From NCBI GenBank assembly GCA_963771965.1, contig CAVYVM010000003.1, forward strand, positions 43,381 to 107,380: a DNA stretch of 64,000 nt, written 5' to 3'. Positions 56,026 through 64,000 of this stretch are shown one piece after another. Below the pieces are notes generated by a model that was not told where the DNA came from, made no database searches, and saw only the letters and a program-made list of their open reading frames with translations. Each line of letters begins with the position of its first letter. The first letter of the stretch is position 1. A program made the position numbers and the translations under genes. The DNA comes from an uncultured Acidobacteriaceae bacterium (GTDB taxonomy: Bacteria; Acidobacteriota; Terriglobia; Terriglobales; Acidobacteriaceae).

Positions 56026-57207
56026 ATGGCCACCCAACCCTTCGCCGACGTTCCTACCGCCATCGAAGATTTCCGCGCCGGCCGCATGATTGTCGTCGTC
56101 GACGATGAGGACCGCGAGAACGAAGGCGATCTCACGCTTGCCGCAGAGAAGGTCACGCCCGAAGCCATCAACTTTATGGCCAAGTATGGACGCGGCCTGG
56201 TTTGCCTCACCATGACCGAAGAGCGCCTCGACCACCTGCGCCTCGGTCCCATGAGCGCCGAGAACACTTCGCAATACGGCACGGCATTTTGTGAGGCGAT
56301 CGACGCGCGCGTAGGCGTGACCACCGGCATCTCCGCGTACGACCGGGCGCGCACCATCCAGGTGGCGATCGATCCCGCGACCAACGCATCCGACCTGGCG
56401 CGGCCCGGCCACGTCTTCCCTCTTCGCGCCCGCAAAGGCGGAGTCCTGGTGCGCGCCGGACAAACCGAAGCCTCGGTCGATCTCGCGCGCCTCGCCGGCA
56501 TGATTCCCGCCGGCATCATCTGCGAAATCATGAAGGATGACGGAACCATGGCGCGGATTCCCGACCTTGTCGGGTTCTGCCAGGAGCATGGCCTCAAGAT
56601 GCTCACCGTTGCCGAACTGATCCGCTACCGCATGGCGCATGAACGCTACGTGCACCGCGTGGGCGAAGCGATGATCGATACGCGCTTCGGCGAATTTCGC
56701 CTCATCGCTTACGAAAGCGAGGTCGATGGTGGCGAATCGCATGTGGCCCTGATCAAAGGAGAAATGCCTAAAGGAGATGTGGAGAACAGCGACTCGCCAG
56801 TGCTGGTTCGCATGCACGCTCACTGCCTGATGGGCGACGTATTCGGTTCAACCGGATGCGAGTGCCACGCCACTCTCGAAGGCTCACTTCGCCGCATCGC
56901 GCAGGAAGGGCGCGGAGCTCTGATCTATCTGCATCAAACGTCGCAAGGTTTTTCCGTGGAGAAAGTTGGCGAGCGGGGAGCCTTAAGTTTCCACCGCGGC
57001 CACAAGGTGTCCTCCCTGCTCGACAGCGAGCGGCAGACGCAACGCGAGATCGGCATCGGCGCGCAGATTTTGTCGGATTTGAATTTGCGCCGCATTCGCC
57101 TGCTAACGAACCGGCCTAAAAAAGTAGCGGGGCTTGAGGGCTTTGGAATCGAAATTGTCGATCAGGTTCCGGTGGAAATGGGCGGAGTGCGGACGGGCAC
57201 GAACTGA
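56026..57207 (+). CDS. ribBA: bifunctional 3,4-dihydroxy-2-butanone-4-phosphate synthase / GTP cyclohydrolase II
   Basis: VVDDEDRENEGDL (RibB) and the C-terminal RibA region with CEC..., GIGAQIL.DLG. Confidence 0.9.
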   Translation: MATQPFADVPTAIEDFRAGRMIVVVDDEDRENEGDLTLAAEKVTPEAINFMAKYGRGLVCLTMTEERLDHLRLGPMSAENTSQYGTAFCEAIDARVGVTTGISAYDRARTIQVAIDPATNASDLARPGHVFPLRARKGGVLVRAGQTEASVDLARLAGMIPAGIICEIMKDDGTMARIPDLVGFCQEHGLKMLTVAELIRYRMAHERYVHRVGEAMIDTRFGEFRLIAYESEVDGGESHVALIKGEMPKGDVENSDSPVLVRMHAHCLMGDVFGSTGCECHATLEGSLRRIAQEGRGALIYLHQTSQGFSVEKVGERGALSFHRGHKVSSLLDSERQTQREIGIGAQILSDLNLRRIRLLTNRPKKVAGLEGFGIEIVDQVPVEMGGVRTGTN

Positions 57208-57241
57208 GAAGCAGTTTAAGTTTTTCTTACCGCAAGAGTTC

Positions 57242-57259
57242 GCGGGCGGGGGCGCCCGC
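57242..57259. terminator. GC hairpin between convergent ribBA and small ORF
   Basis: GCGGGCG-gggg-CGCCCGC. Confidence 0.4.
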
Positions 57260-57267
57260 GCTACATG

Positions 57268-57531
57268 TCAGAACGGCTTGCGCACGATGACTTCCGCATC
57301 GCGAATGAAAAACTGTGCGGAGCATTGCTCCGAGCCGCAAATAACGGGCATGAGACCGTGAATTTGCCGGCGCGTGATCAGGCCGAGCATGCCACAAGAC
57401 GGGCAAGCCAGCACGGCCCAGTAGGGGTCTTCTTTTTCGCCGACTTCGCCGGCGTTCTCCAGAACAAAAATTGTTCCGGGCTGCATCTGTTCGGGAATCC
57501 ACTCGCTGAGAAGATCCAATTCACCGACCAT
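57268..57531 (-). CDS. small Cys-containing hypothetical protein (87 aa)
   Basis: CPSCG...CGSEQC zinc-ribbon-like spacing. Start taken at the internal ATG (MVGELDLL). Confidence 0.4.
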   Translation of the reverse strand: MVGELDLLSEWIPEQMQPGTIFVLENAGEVGEKEDPYWAVLACPSCGMLGLITRRQIHGLMPVICGSEQCSAQFFIRDAEVIVRKPF

Positions 57532-57632
57532 GCACTCCTCCTGGGTCAAACATTGAAAGCAAAACCTGAATCCAAAAACCTGAATGCAAAACACCCCGCA
57601 CAACCTGAGACCGAAACATGGGTACAACTTGC

Positions 57633-58106
57633 CTACGAAACCTTTCTAGCACGCCGCCCTGTGGACGGAGTTGTTACCGAAGTGTTCAGCTTTTTGGCTA
57701 CGACCTCCGCGCGCACCTGACGGACTGCATCGCTGAGGCACACGCCCAAAATGGGCTGGCTGGAATTCTTCAGGATGTCCACGATCTGCCGCGCCGAAGT
57801 TTCCAGGTAAAGATGCTTGCCGTCGGTGAGCAGGTGAACATCAGAGGTGCGGCTGACGATCTCGGCCAAGCCCTTGCTAAATTCGCGCTGCAGGAATCGC
57901 ATCACTTTGCGCACGGCCTGCAGCGAGAACCCTTTGCGTTTCAGTTCGCAGATCACCGCAATTTCGGTGACATTCTGCATGGAATAGAGGCGGCGATGTC
58001 CCTGACGCTGCGGCTTGACCACTCCCCGCTCGTCCCACCACTGAAGCTGGCGGGCGCTGATGCCGGTCAGGGCGATCACTTCTCGGGATGGAAAACTATC
58101 CTGCAT
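57633..58106 (-). CDS. MerR family transcriptional regulator
   Basis: VIALTGISARQLQWWDERGVV...RLYS HTH-wing signature. Confidence 0.8.
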   Translation of the reverse strand: MQDSFPSREVIALTGISARQLQWWDERGVVKPQRQGHRRLYSMQNVTEIAVICELKRKGFSLQAVRKVMRFLQREFSKGLAEIVSRTSDVHLLTDGKHLYLETSARQIVDILKNSSQPILGVCLSDAVRQVRAEVVAKKLNTSVTTPSTGRRARKVS

Positions 58107-58225
58107 TCGCGTCCTATTCTGTTTGAAACAACGTACGGGATAAATGTTTCAAACATTTTAGGCGCAGATGGTTGAGTGTCAACAGGAGATTCGCATGAGA
58201 GGTTAACTAGAAGAGTGCGCGAGGA

Positions 58226-58462
58226 TTAGCCGACAGGGCACGGTTTTGAAAGGCAGCCGCCCCCGACGAAGTGGACGATTTCCAGTCGGTCGCCGTCGTT
58301 GAGCAGTGTCTGCGGCCAGCGATCGCGCGGAACGATGTCGCGGTTCAGTTCGACGGCGACGCGATCGGACTTCATACCAAGGGATTCAATCAGCGCTGCC
58401 AATGTGAAGGGACCTGAAGAGTCTGGGAAAGTGCGCTCGTCGCCGTTGATGTAGAGGTTCAT
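58226..58462 (-). CDS. thiS: sulfur carrier protein ThiS with 9-residue extension after the Gly-Gly
   Basis: MNLYINGD...VAVELNRDIVPRDRW...DGDRLEIVHFVGGG followed by CLSKPCPVG and a stop. Confidence 0.75.
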   Translation of the reverse strand: MNLYINGDERTFPDSSGPFTLAALIESLGMKSDRVAVELNRDIVPRDRWPQTLLNDGDRLEIVHFVGGGCLSKPCPVG

Positions 58463-58534
58463 TTCTTCGATCCATCTGCGCTTCGGCGCGATGGAGTTGA
58501 TTGTCTCACGATTGTTTTTACGAAACGACCTGGA

Positions 58535-59119
58535 TTAGTCCGCTTTGCGCAAGGCGAATTTGCGGGTTACGGTGCGGCCGTCGTGGTTGGCTTGCACAAT
58601 GACGGAGGAGTCGGGAAGGACAGATTCTTCGACTTCGACCGAGATGGAGGCATTGCCTGCCGCGTCCGTGACAGCCTGGGTATAGAAAGGCGCAGCGTCG
58701 GGACGGGCGAAGCGAAACGTGAGGCGGGCGCTGGCTATGGCCGTTCCATCTTCTGTGACACGCAATTCCATGGTCAGATTGCGATTGGCGTGGACCGACT
58801 CGGCGTTCACCCATTCCAAGTCCAGTTGTTTGATGGCGGCCAAGGTTTCGTGTTCGGCGGGATCCAACATGCTTTCCAACTTGCCTTCGCGGATGGCTTC
58901 GAGAACCTGGCGATGCTGATCGCGCAGTTGCTGCTCTTTTTGGGGATCTCCGAAACCCGCCTGGTTGGCCGTGCTGGCGTACGAAACCGCTCGCTTGCCG
59001 ACGCATCGTCCGCGCACAAAAACTTGCGTCTGCAACAATTTCTCGCTTTCGCGCGCTTCGCTTTGCACATGGTAGATGGTGTTGCCGTGCTTAACGTCGG
59101 TATTGAAGCCGAAGATCAT
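58535..59119 (-). CDS. hypothetical protein
   Basis: 194-aa ORF with a plausible ATG start and non-repetitive composition. No family recognised. Confidence 0.45.
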   Translation of the reverse strand: MIFGFNTDVKHGNTIYHVQSEARESEKLLQTQVFVRGRCVGKRAVSYASTANQAGFGDPQKEQQLRDQHRQVLEAIREGKLESMLDPAEHETLAAIKQLDLEWVNAESVHANRNLTMELRVTEDGTAIASARLTFRFARPDAAPFYTQAVTDAAGNASISVEVEESVLPDSSVIVQANHDGRTVTRKFALRKAD

Positions 59120-59133
59120 AGGGAATCTTAATT

Positions 59134-59257
59134 TAGCGATTGCGCGATTGGGTCATCGGGCGATTGAAAACCGGATCGGTTTCATCTTATCGCGTTCGCG
59201 TGCAGTTTCCAGTTTCATTTCAATTGCACAATCTCCCGATCGCGCAATGACTCAATA
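59134..59257. repeat. REP-like inverted-repeat element, copy A
   Basis: Left arm ...GGGTCATCGGGCGATTGAAAA, right arm TTTCAATTGCACAATCTCCCGATCGCGCAATGACTCAAT. Confidence 0.7.
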
Positions 59258-59370
59258 TTTTCCTTTCCCAAATCGGCAAAATCACGTGCCGTTCCCTTGA
59301 CACTCTCGCACACCAACACTAATCTAGAATGTTTATTAGCACACGGCGCGAATTATATATAGCCTGCCCT

Positions 59371-59763
59371 ATGCCCGACAATTATTTCGCTGGCTACCTG
59401 CCCTTCCTGATCCACATTTTGCTGGCAGGCGGAATCGCGACCGCAATTGTCTCCCTTTCTTGGCTCGTCGGACAGCGCAAACCGACGCGCGCCAAACTTT
59501 CCGCTTACGAATGCGGAATGACGCCGGTGGGCGACACGCGCGGGCGCTTCTCGGTACAGTTTTACCTGGTCGCCATGCTTTTCATTTTGTTCGACGTTGA
59601 GGCGATCTTTCTTTATCCCTGGGCGGTGATCCTGCACGATCTTAAGCACTTCGGCCTTTGGGAGATGCTGGTCTACATCGGGATTGTGCTGGTGGGCTTC
59701 TTCTATGTGTGGAAAAAAGGCGTTCTGGAGTGGGGGCCGACGCCTCGGCGGAGAGAACGCTGA
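59371..59763 (+). CDS. nuoA: NADH-quinone oxidoreductase subunit A
   Basis: YECGM.P.G..R..F...FYL.A..F..FD.E typical NuoA core. Confidence 0.9.
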   Translation: MPDNYFAGYLPFLIHILLAGGIATAIVSLSWLVGQRKPTRAKLSAYECGMTPVGDTRGRFSVQFYLVAMLFILFDVEAIFLYPWAVILHDLKHFGLWEMLVYIGIVLVGFFYVWKKGVLEWGPTPRRRER

Positions 59764-60260
59764 TGCCCGCGTCCCCCGCCGTCACCGATCTGGAACAACT
59801 GAAGACTCATCCAGCAGTGGCGCGTTTGCTCGCATGGAACCGGGAAGCCGTGCTGGGAGCCAAGTTCGACCGGGAAGAAATGACGATTGTCATCGATCGG
59901 GCGAAGATACGCGAGGCCTGCACACTGTTGCGCGACCGTCCGGAGTGCGATTTCAACTTTCTTTCTGATATAACCTGCGTCGACTGGTATCCGGCGGAGC
60001 CTCGGTTTGAAGTGGTCTATCATTTGCTCTCGATCCCGCGGAAAGAGCGGGTGCGGTTGAAGGTACGGCTGGACAGCGGCAATCCAACAGTCGATTCGCT
60101 CACTCCTATGTGGCCGGGAGCGAATTACTTTGAGCGTGAGGTCTTCGATTTATTCGGAATTCGCTTCAGCGGCCATCCTTATATGGTGCGCATTCTGATG
60201 CCTGAAGACTGGGAAGGCCACCCACTGCGCAAAGATTATCCGGTGGAGGGTTACCGCTAA
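59763..60260 (+). CDS. nuoC: NADH-quinone oxidoreductase subunit C
   Basis: FNFLSDITCVDWYP...FEVVYHL, ANYFEREVFDLFGI.F.GHP, LRKDYP. The ATG overlaps the nuoA TGA. Confidence 0.9.
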   Translation: MPASPAVTDLEQLKTHPAVARLLAWNREAVLGAKFDREEMTIVIDRAKIREACTLLRDRPECDFNFLSDITCVDWYPAEPRFEVVYHLLSIPRKERVRLKVRLDSGNPTVDSLTPMWPGANYFEREVFDLFGIRFSGHPYMVRILMPEDWEGHPLRKDYPVEGYR

Positions 60261-60262
60261 CG

Positions 60263-61468
60263 ATGGCGCACCTTTCCCCCACGCCAGTGCTTGAGCCCGG
60301 ACAGGATCGAACGATGATCCTGAACATGGGGCCGCAGCATCCCTCGACCCATGGCGTGCTTCGGGTATTGCTCGAAATCGATGGTGAGACCATCGTGCGG
60401 ATCATGCCGGATATCGGCTTCCTGCATACCGGAATCGAAAAGACTTGCGAAGCAAAGTTTTACCAGCAGGTTGTGCCGCTCACCGACCGCATCGACTATC
60501 TCTGCCCCATGACCAACAATCTTTGCTACGTGCTGGCCGTGGAAAAGTTGCTGGGGCTGGAGATTCCTCCGAAAGCGCAATGGATGCGGGTGCTGATGAA
60601 CGAGTTAACACGTATCAACTCGCATCTGGTGTGGTTGGGAACGCACGCGCTTGATATTGGCGCGATGTCGGTGTTTTTGTATTGCTTCCGCGAGCGCGAA
60701 GAGATTCTGAAGCTGTTTGAGATGATCAGCGGGCAGCGGATGATGACTTCCTACTTTCGCATAGGAGGCCTAGCTCTCGAGCCGCCGCTGGGCTTCTTCG
60801 AACGCGTCGCTAAATTTGCGGATAGATTTCCTGAGAAGGTGGATGAGTACGAAAACCTACTTACGGGAAATCCAATTTTCATGATGCGGACCAAGGGAGT
60901 CGCGCGGCTCACGAAGGAAGATGCGATTGCATTGGGCGCGTCCGGTCCAACTTTACGCGGAAGTGGTGTCGACCTTGATCTTCGGCGCGACATGCCCTAC
61001 TCAGGCTATGAAAACTTTAAGTTCAAGATTCCGGTGTCTCAAGAAGGCGATGTGTTTGCTCGTTACCTGTGCCGAGTGCGGGAACTGCGGGAATCGAACG
61101 AAATTGTGAAGCAAGCTCTGGCGGGCATGCCGGAAGGCCGCATCAAGGCAGACGCTCCCGGGATTGTGCTGCCCGACCGAGAGAAGATGAAGACGCAGAT
61201 GGAAGCGCTCATCTACCATTTCAAAATTATTACCGAGGGTTTCGCGGTGCCTGCGGGCGAGGTTTATCAGGCGGTGGAATCGCCTCGCGGAGAGATGGGC
61301 TATTACGTCGTCAGCGATGGGACAGCAAAGCCTTATCGCGTGCACATGCGAGCCGCCTGCTTGGCGAACTTGCAAACTTTGCCCAAGATGTGCGAGGGCG
61401 GGCTGATTGCGGATGTGGTGGCGGCCATCGGAAGCATCGACATCGTGCTGGGAGAAATCGACAGGTAG
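60263..61468 (+). CDS. nuoD: NADH-quinone oxidoreductase subunit D
   Basis: MILNMGPQHPSTHGVLR, GFLHTGIEK, ESPRGE.G.Y, SID.VLGE.DR. Confidence 0.95.
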   Translation: MAHLSPTPVLEPGQDRTMILNMGPQHPSTHGVLRVLLEIDGETIVRIMPDIGFLHTGIEKTCEAKFYQQVVPLTDRIDYLCPMTNNLCYVLAVEKLLGLEIPPKAQWMRVLMNELTRINSHLVWLGTHALDIGAMSVFLYCFREREEILKLFEMISGQRMMTSYFRIGGLALEPPLGFFERVAKFADRFPEKVDEYENLLTGNPIFMMRTKGVARLTKEDAIALGASGPTLRGSGVDLDLRRDMPYSGYENFKFKIPVSQEGDVFARYLCRVRELRESNEIVKQALAGMPEGRIKADAPGIVLPDREKMKTQMEALIYHFKIITEGFAVPAGEVYQAVESPRGEMGYYVVSDGTAKPYRVHMRAACLANLQTLPKMCEGGLIADVVAAIGSIDIVLGEIDR

Positions 61469-61470
61469 GG

Positions 61471-61507
61471 ATTGAGCGATTGGGCCATCGGGCGATTTTG
61501 CGATTTT
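61471..61507. repeat. REP-like element copy B, left arm
   Basis: ATTGAGCGATTGGGCCATCGGGCGATTTTGCGATTTT. This is the reverse complement of the right arm at 61892-61930, with a few mismatches. Confidence 0.75.
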
Positions 61508-61529
61508 AAAAACCGATTAAAGGAATGTC

Positions 61530-61889
61530 GTGAGCAGTCAGCCGGAGCAGCTTCGTGACAGGACTAAAGCATTCGCTTTGCGCGTGATTCGGCTTTACCG
61601 CTCGCTGCCTTACAAGACGGATACTCAGGTTCTAGGTAAGCAGTTGTTGCGTTGTGGAACATCTGTGGCCGCCAATTATCGCGCGGTGTGTCGGGCGAGA
61701 TCGAAGGCGGAATTTGTGGCGCGAATGGGTGTTGTGGTTGAGGAAGCGGACGAGGCAATTCTGTGGCTGGAGTTGATGACGGAATCGGGAATTGTTTCAT
61801 TGACGAAAACGGAGGCACTGCTGAAAGAAGCGAGCGAACTAACGGCGATTTTTGCAGCTTCGCAACGCACGGCAAGAATTGCGGCATGA
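61530..61889 (+). CDS. four-helix-bundle protein (23S rRNA intervening-sequence protein family)
   Basis: The pattern L.DRT..FAL.VIRLY..LP......LGKQLLR.GTSV.AN..A...ARS..EF......V.EEADE...WLEL is diagnostic. GTG start. Confidence 0.85.
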   Translation: MSSQPEQLRDRTKAFALRVIRLYRSLPYKTDTQVLGKQLLRCGTSVAANYRAVCRARSKAEFVARMGVVVEEADEAILWLELMTESGIVSLTKTEALLKEASELTAIFAASQRTARIAA

Positions 61890-61891
61890 GG

Positions 61892-61930
61892 TTTTCAATC
61901 GCAAAATCACCCGATCACCCAATGGCTCAA
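61892..61930. repeat. REP-like element copy B, right arm
   Basis: TTTTCAATCGCAAAATCACCCGATCACCCAATGGCTCAA. Confidence 0.75.
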
Positions 61931-61935
61931 TTTCT

Positions 61936-62409
61936 ATGAGATTTTCTGACGAATTCGAGACTCGGCTTGCCGAGATGGTGCCGCACTATCCGACGAAGCG
62001 CTCGGCGCTTGTGCCAACTCTTTTATATGCGCAGGATGAAGTTGGGTTTCTGTCGGACGAAGTGATTGCTGAGATTGCCGGTAGGCTGGACCTGACCGAA
62101 CTAGAAGTACGCAACGTGATTAGTTACTACTCGATGTTGACCACTAAGCCGCGCGGAAAGTTTAACGTGCAGGTTTGCACCAACATCAGTTGCCTGGTTC
62201 GGGGTGGAGAAGAGATTCTTCGTCACTGCGCAAAGAAGCTGGGCGTTGGCCACAAAGGAACGACGGCCGACGGGATGTTTACCCTGGAAGAAGTTGAATG
62301 CATTGGGGCTTGCAGTTGGGCTCCAGCGGCGCAGGTGAATTACGACTTTCATGAGAACCTGACGGTGGAAAAGATGGATAAGGTTCTGGACGAATACAGG
62401 AAAATTTAG
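61936..62409 (+). CDS. nuoE: NADH-quinone oxidoreductase subunit E
   Basis: YP.KRSAL.P.L..AQ, C....C...G, ECIGAC..AP [2Fe-2S] motifs. Confidence 0.9.
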   Translation: MRFSDEFETRLAEMVPHYPTKRSALVPTLLYAQDEVGFLSDEVIAEIAGRLDLTELEVRNVISYYSMLTTKPRGKFNVQVCTNISCLVRGGEEILRHCAKKLGVGHKGTTADGMFTLEEVECIGACSWAPAAQVNYDFHENLTVEKMDKVLDEYRKI

Positions 62410-62514
62410 CGATTGTGTGATCGGGTGATCGCGCGATTGTAAGGCAACCGGAAATGGCAGACTATCCGGGAACGGCTTTTCAATCGCACAATAACTCGAT
62501 CGCAAAATCACCCA
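62407..62514. repeat. REP-like inverted-repeat element, copy C
   Basis: TAGCGATTGTGTGATCGGGTGATCGCGCGATTGT ... TTTTCAATCGCACAATAACTCGATCGCAAAATCACCCA. Confidence 0.75.
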
Positions 62515-63837
62515 ATGGCTTCACTCGTTTCCCATCCCGACGAGGTAAAGGTTGTCTCCCGGCGCTTCGGCCAGGGAGCGACGAATATTGACCGGTATCT
62601 CGAACTGGACGGCTACAAGGCCGTGCAGAAGGCACTCGCCATGGAGCCGGATGCCATTGTTAACGAAGTAAAAAGCTCCGGGCTGCGGGGGCGCGGCGGC
62701 GCTGGTTTTTCGACGGGGATGAAGTGGTCGTTCGTGCCCAAGCAATCGGCCAAGCCGAAGTATGTGCTCTGTAACGGGGACGAGAGCGAACCGGGCACTT
62801 GCAAAGATCGATTGATCTTTGAGCATGATCCGCATTCGGTGATTGAAGGCGTGATGATCGCGGCTCTGGCGGTGGGCGCAGCAAGCGGTTATATCTACAT
62901 CCGCGGCGAATATCGATATCTGTCGATCATCATGCAGAAGGCGATTCGCGACGCTTACGCGAAGGGCTTTGCGGGAAAGAATATTTTCGGCAGCGGACGC
63001 ACTCTCGACATTTTCTGGCACGGCGGCGCGGGCGCTTACGAAGTCGGCGAAGAATCGGCGCTGATGGAGTCGCTCGAAGGCAAGCGCGGCATTCCGCGCA
63101 TTCGGCCTCCGTTCCCTGCGGTCGTGGGGCTGTGGGGCGGTCCGACGGTCATCAATAATGCGGAGACGCTGGCCAATGTGCCACACATTATTCTTGGCGG
63201 CGCCGATTGGTATGCCAAGCTGGGCACTCCGAAGAACGGCGGCACGCGGTTGTTTTGCCTAAGCGGCAACATCAACAAGCCTGGGGTCTACGAGTTGCCG
63301 ATGGGCTACAACCTGAAAAAGATGATTTACGAAGTGGGCGGCGGAATTCCCGGCGGTCGCGAACTGAAGGCGGTGGTACCGGGTGGGGCGTCGTGTCCGG
63401 CGCTAACGGTCGATGAAATCGACGTCGCCATGGATTTCGATTCCGTGGCGAAGGCGGGATCGATGCTGGGTTCGGGCGGCGTGGTCGTGGTTGACGACGC
63501 GCAGTGCATCGTGAAGTTCGCCCTGCGAACGATGAAATTTTATAAACACGAAAGTTGCGGCTGGTGTATCCCGTGCCGCGAAGGCACAGATTGGCTGGAG
63601 AAGACGCTGACTCGCTTTCATCGTGGCGGCGGCCTGATGAAAGATATCGACAACATGCAGTATCTCGCGGAGAACATGCTGGGACGGACGTTTTGTCCGC
63701 TCGGCGACGCGGCCGCGATGCCGACGATCGCGTTCGTAAAAAAGTTCAGAAAAGAATTCGAAGACCATTTGGAAGGCAGGCCGTGCCCTTACGAGAAGCA
63801 TGGCGCGGTGGAAGAAGTGCCGGCGATGGCACACTGA
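62515..63837 (+). CDS. nuoF: NADH-quinone oxidoreductase subunit F
   Basis: GLRGRGGAGF.TG.KW, CN.DE.EPGT.KDR, ESCG.C.PCREG, C.LGD. Confidence 0.95.
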   Translation: MASLVSHPDEVKVVSRRFGQGATNIDRYLELDGYKAVQKALAMEPDAIVNEVKSSGLRGRGGAGFSTGMKWSFVPKQSAKPKYVLCNGDESEPGTCKDRLIFEHDPHSVIEGVMIAALAVGAASGYIYIRGEYRYLSIIMQKAIRDAYAKGFAGKNIFGSGRTLDIFWHGGAGAYEVGEESALMESLEGKRGIPRIRPPFPAVVGLWGGPTVINNAETLANVPHIILGGADWYAKLGTPKNGGTRLFCLSGNINKPGVYELPMGYNLKKMIYEVGGGIPGGRELKAVVPGGASCPALTVDEIDVAMDFDSVAKAGSMLGSGGVVVVDDAQCIVKFALRTMKFYKHESCGWCIPCREGTDWLEKTLTRFHRGGGLMKDIDNMQYLAENMLGRTFCPLGDAAAMPTIAFVKKFRKEFEDHLEGRPCPYEKHGAVEEVPAMAH

Positions 63838-63841
63838 GGAA

Positions 63842-63939
63842 CATTGAGTCATTGGGCGATCGGGTCGTTTTGTGATTGAAAATCTAAAATCGATAGGTTG
63901 CTAGGTTTTTCAATCGCACAATCACCCGATCACTCAATG
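63842..63939. repeat. REP-like inverted-repeat element, copy D
   Basis: CATTGAGTCATTGGGCGATCGGGTCGTTTTGTGATTGAAAA ... TTTTTCAATCGCACAATCACCCGATCACTCAATG. Confidence 0.8.
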
Positions 63940-63949
63940 CTAAATTCTT

Positions 63950-64000
63950 ATGGCTGACGTAACACTCACAGTCGATGGCAAGAAGGTCACGGCTCCTGCA
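63950..64000 (+). CDS. nuoG: NADH-quinone oxidoreductase subunit G, N-terminal fragment (runs off the window)
   Basis: MADVTLTVDGKKVTAPA matches the usual NuoG start, and it sits in the expected operon position. Confidence 0.6.
   Translation, partial: MADVTLTVDGKKVTAPA

Noticed and set aside
58463-58534. A TPP riboswitch expected upstream of thiS.
   Set aside because: The spacer is only 72 nt and has no THI-box-like sequence (CTGAGA...ACCTGA). thiS may be co-transcribed with the upstream hypothetical gene.
59134-63939. The repeated 35-40-nt sequences in the nuo region considered as a CRISPR array.
   Set aside because: The repeats are in inverted rather than direct orientation. The would-be spacers are whole nuo genes of 0.4-1.3 kb, and there are no cas genes.

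Overview
64-kb chromosomal segment that looks acidobacterial. That call is an inference from an ADOP-type duplicated FtsX permease, Ser/Thr kinases with TolB-like propellers, a giant BNR/sortilin-like protein and characteristic intergenic palindromes. Region 1-28.3 kb holds housekeeping and signalling genes: a fluoride riboswitch-crcB operon, hpt, a GAF-PP2C phosphatase, lysA, nadK, tlyA, yebC, purQ, PPK2, and a tandem kinase-pseudokinase with a sensor-kinase paralog. Region 28.5-49.4 kb is a visibly lower-GC accessory gene cluster that ends at the 3' side of a tRNA-Leu(TAA). It carries two paralogous ATP-grasp ligases at its two ends, an MFS exporter, two atypical LuxR regulators, an M20 peptidase, an alpha/beta hydrolase and an Hsp70-like ATPase. 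These are followed by a tightly packed 10-gene operon: three different radical-SAM enzymes (AmrS/PflA-like, SPASM, HemN-like), a SAM methyltransferase, a fused HgcA-HgcB-like membrane corrinoid/ferredoxin protein (cap-helix motif NVWCAAG), an E1/ThiF-like-hydrolase fusion, a membrane protein, a class II aldolase and the second ATP-grasp. I do not recognise this combination as a described pathway, and it is the main candidate for a novel system. Region 49.8-64 kb holds a receiver-PilZ regulator, a frameshifted DUF4062-NB-ARC-TPR STAND NTPase, ribBA, a MerR regulator and a thiS with a C-terminal extension. It ends with a nuoA-C-D-E-F-G operon that lacks nuoB and has a REP-like inverted-repeat element in every spacer, one of which carries a four-helix-bundle gene in its loop. 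No CRISPR array, rRNA, transposase or integrase was recognised. All functional calls are motif- or family-level recognition by eye from the translated ORFs, and no searches were run.
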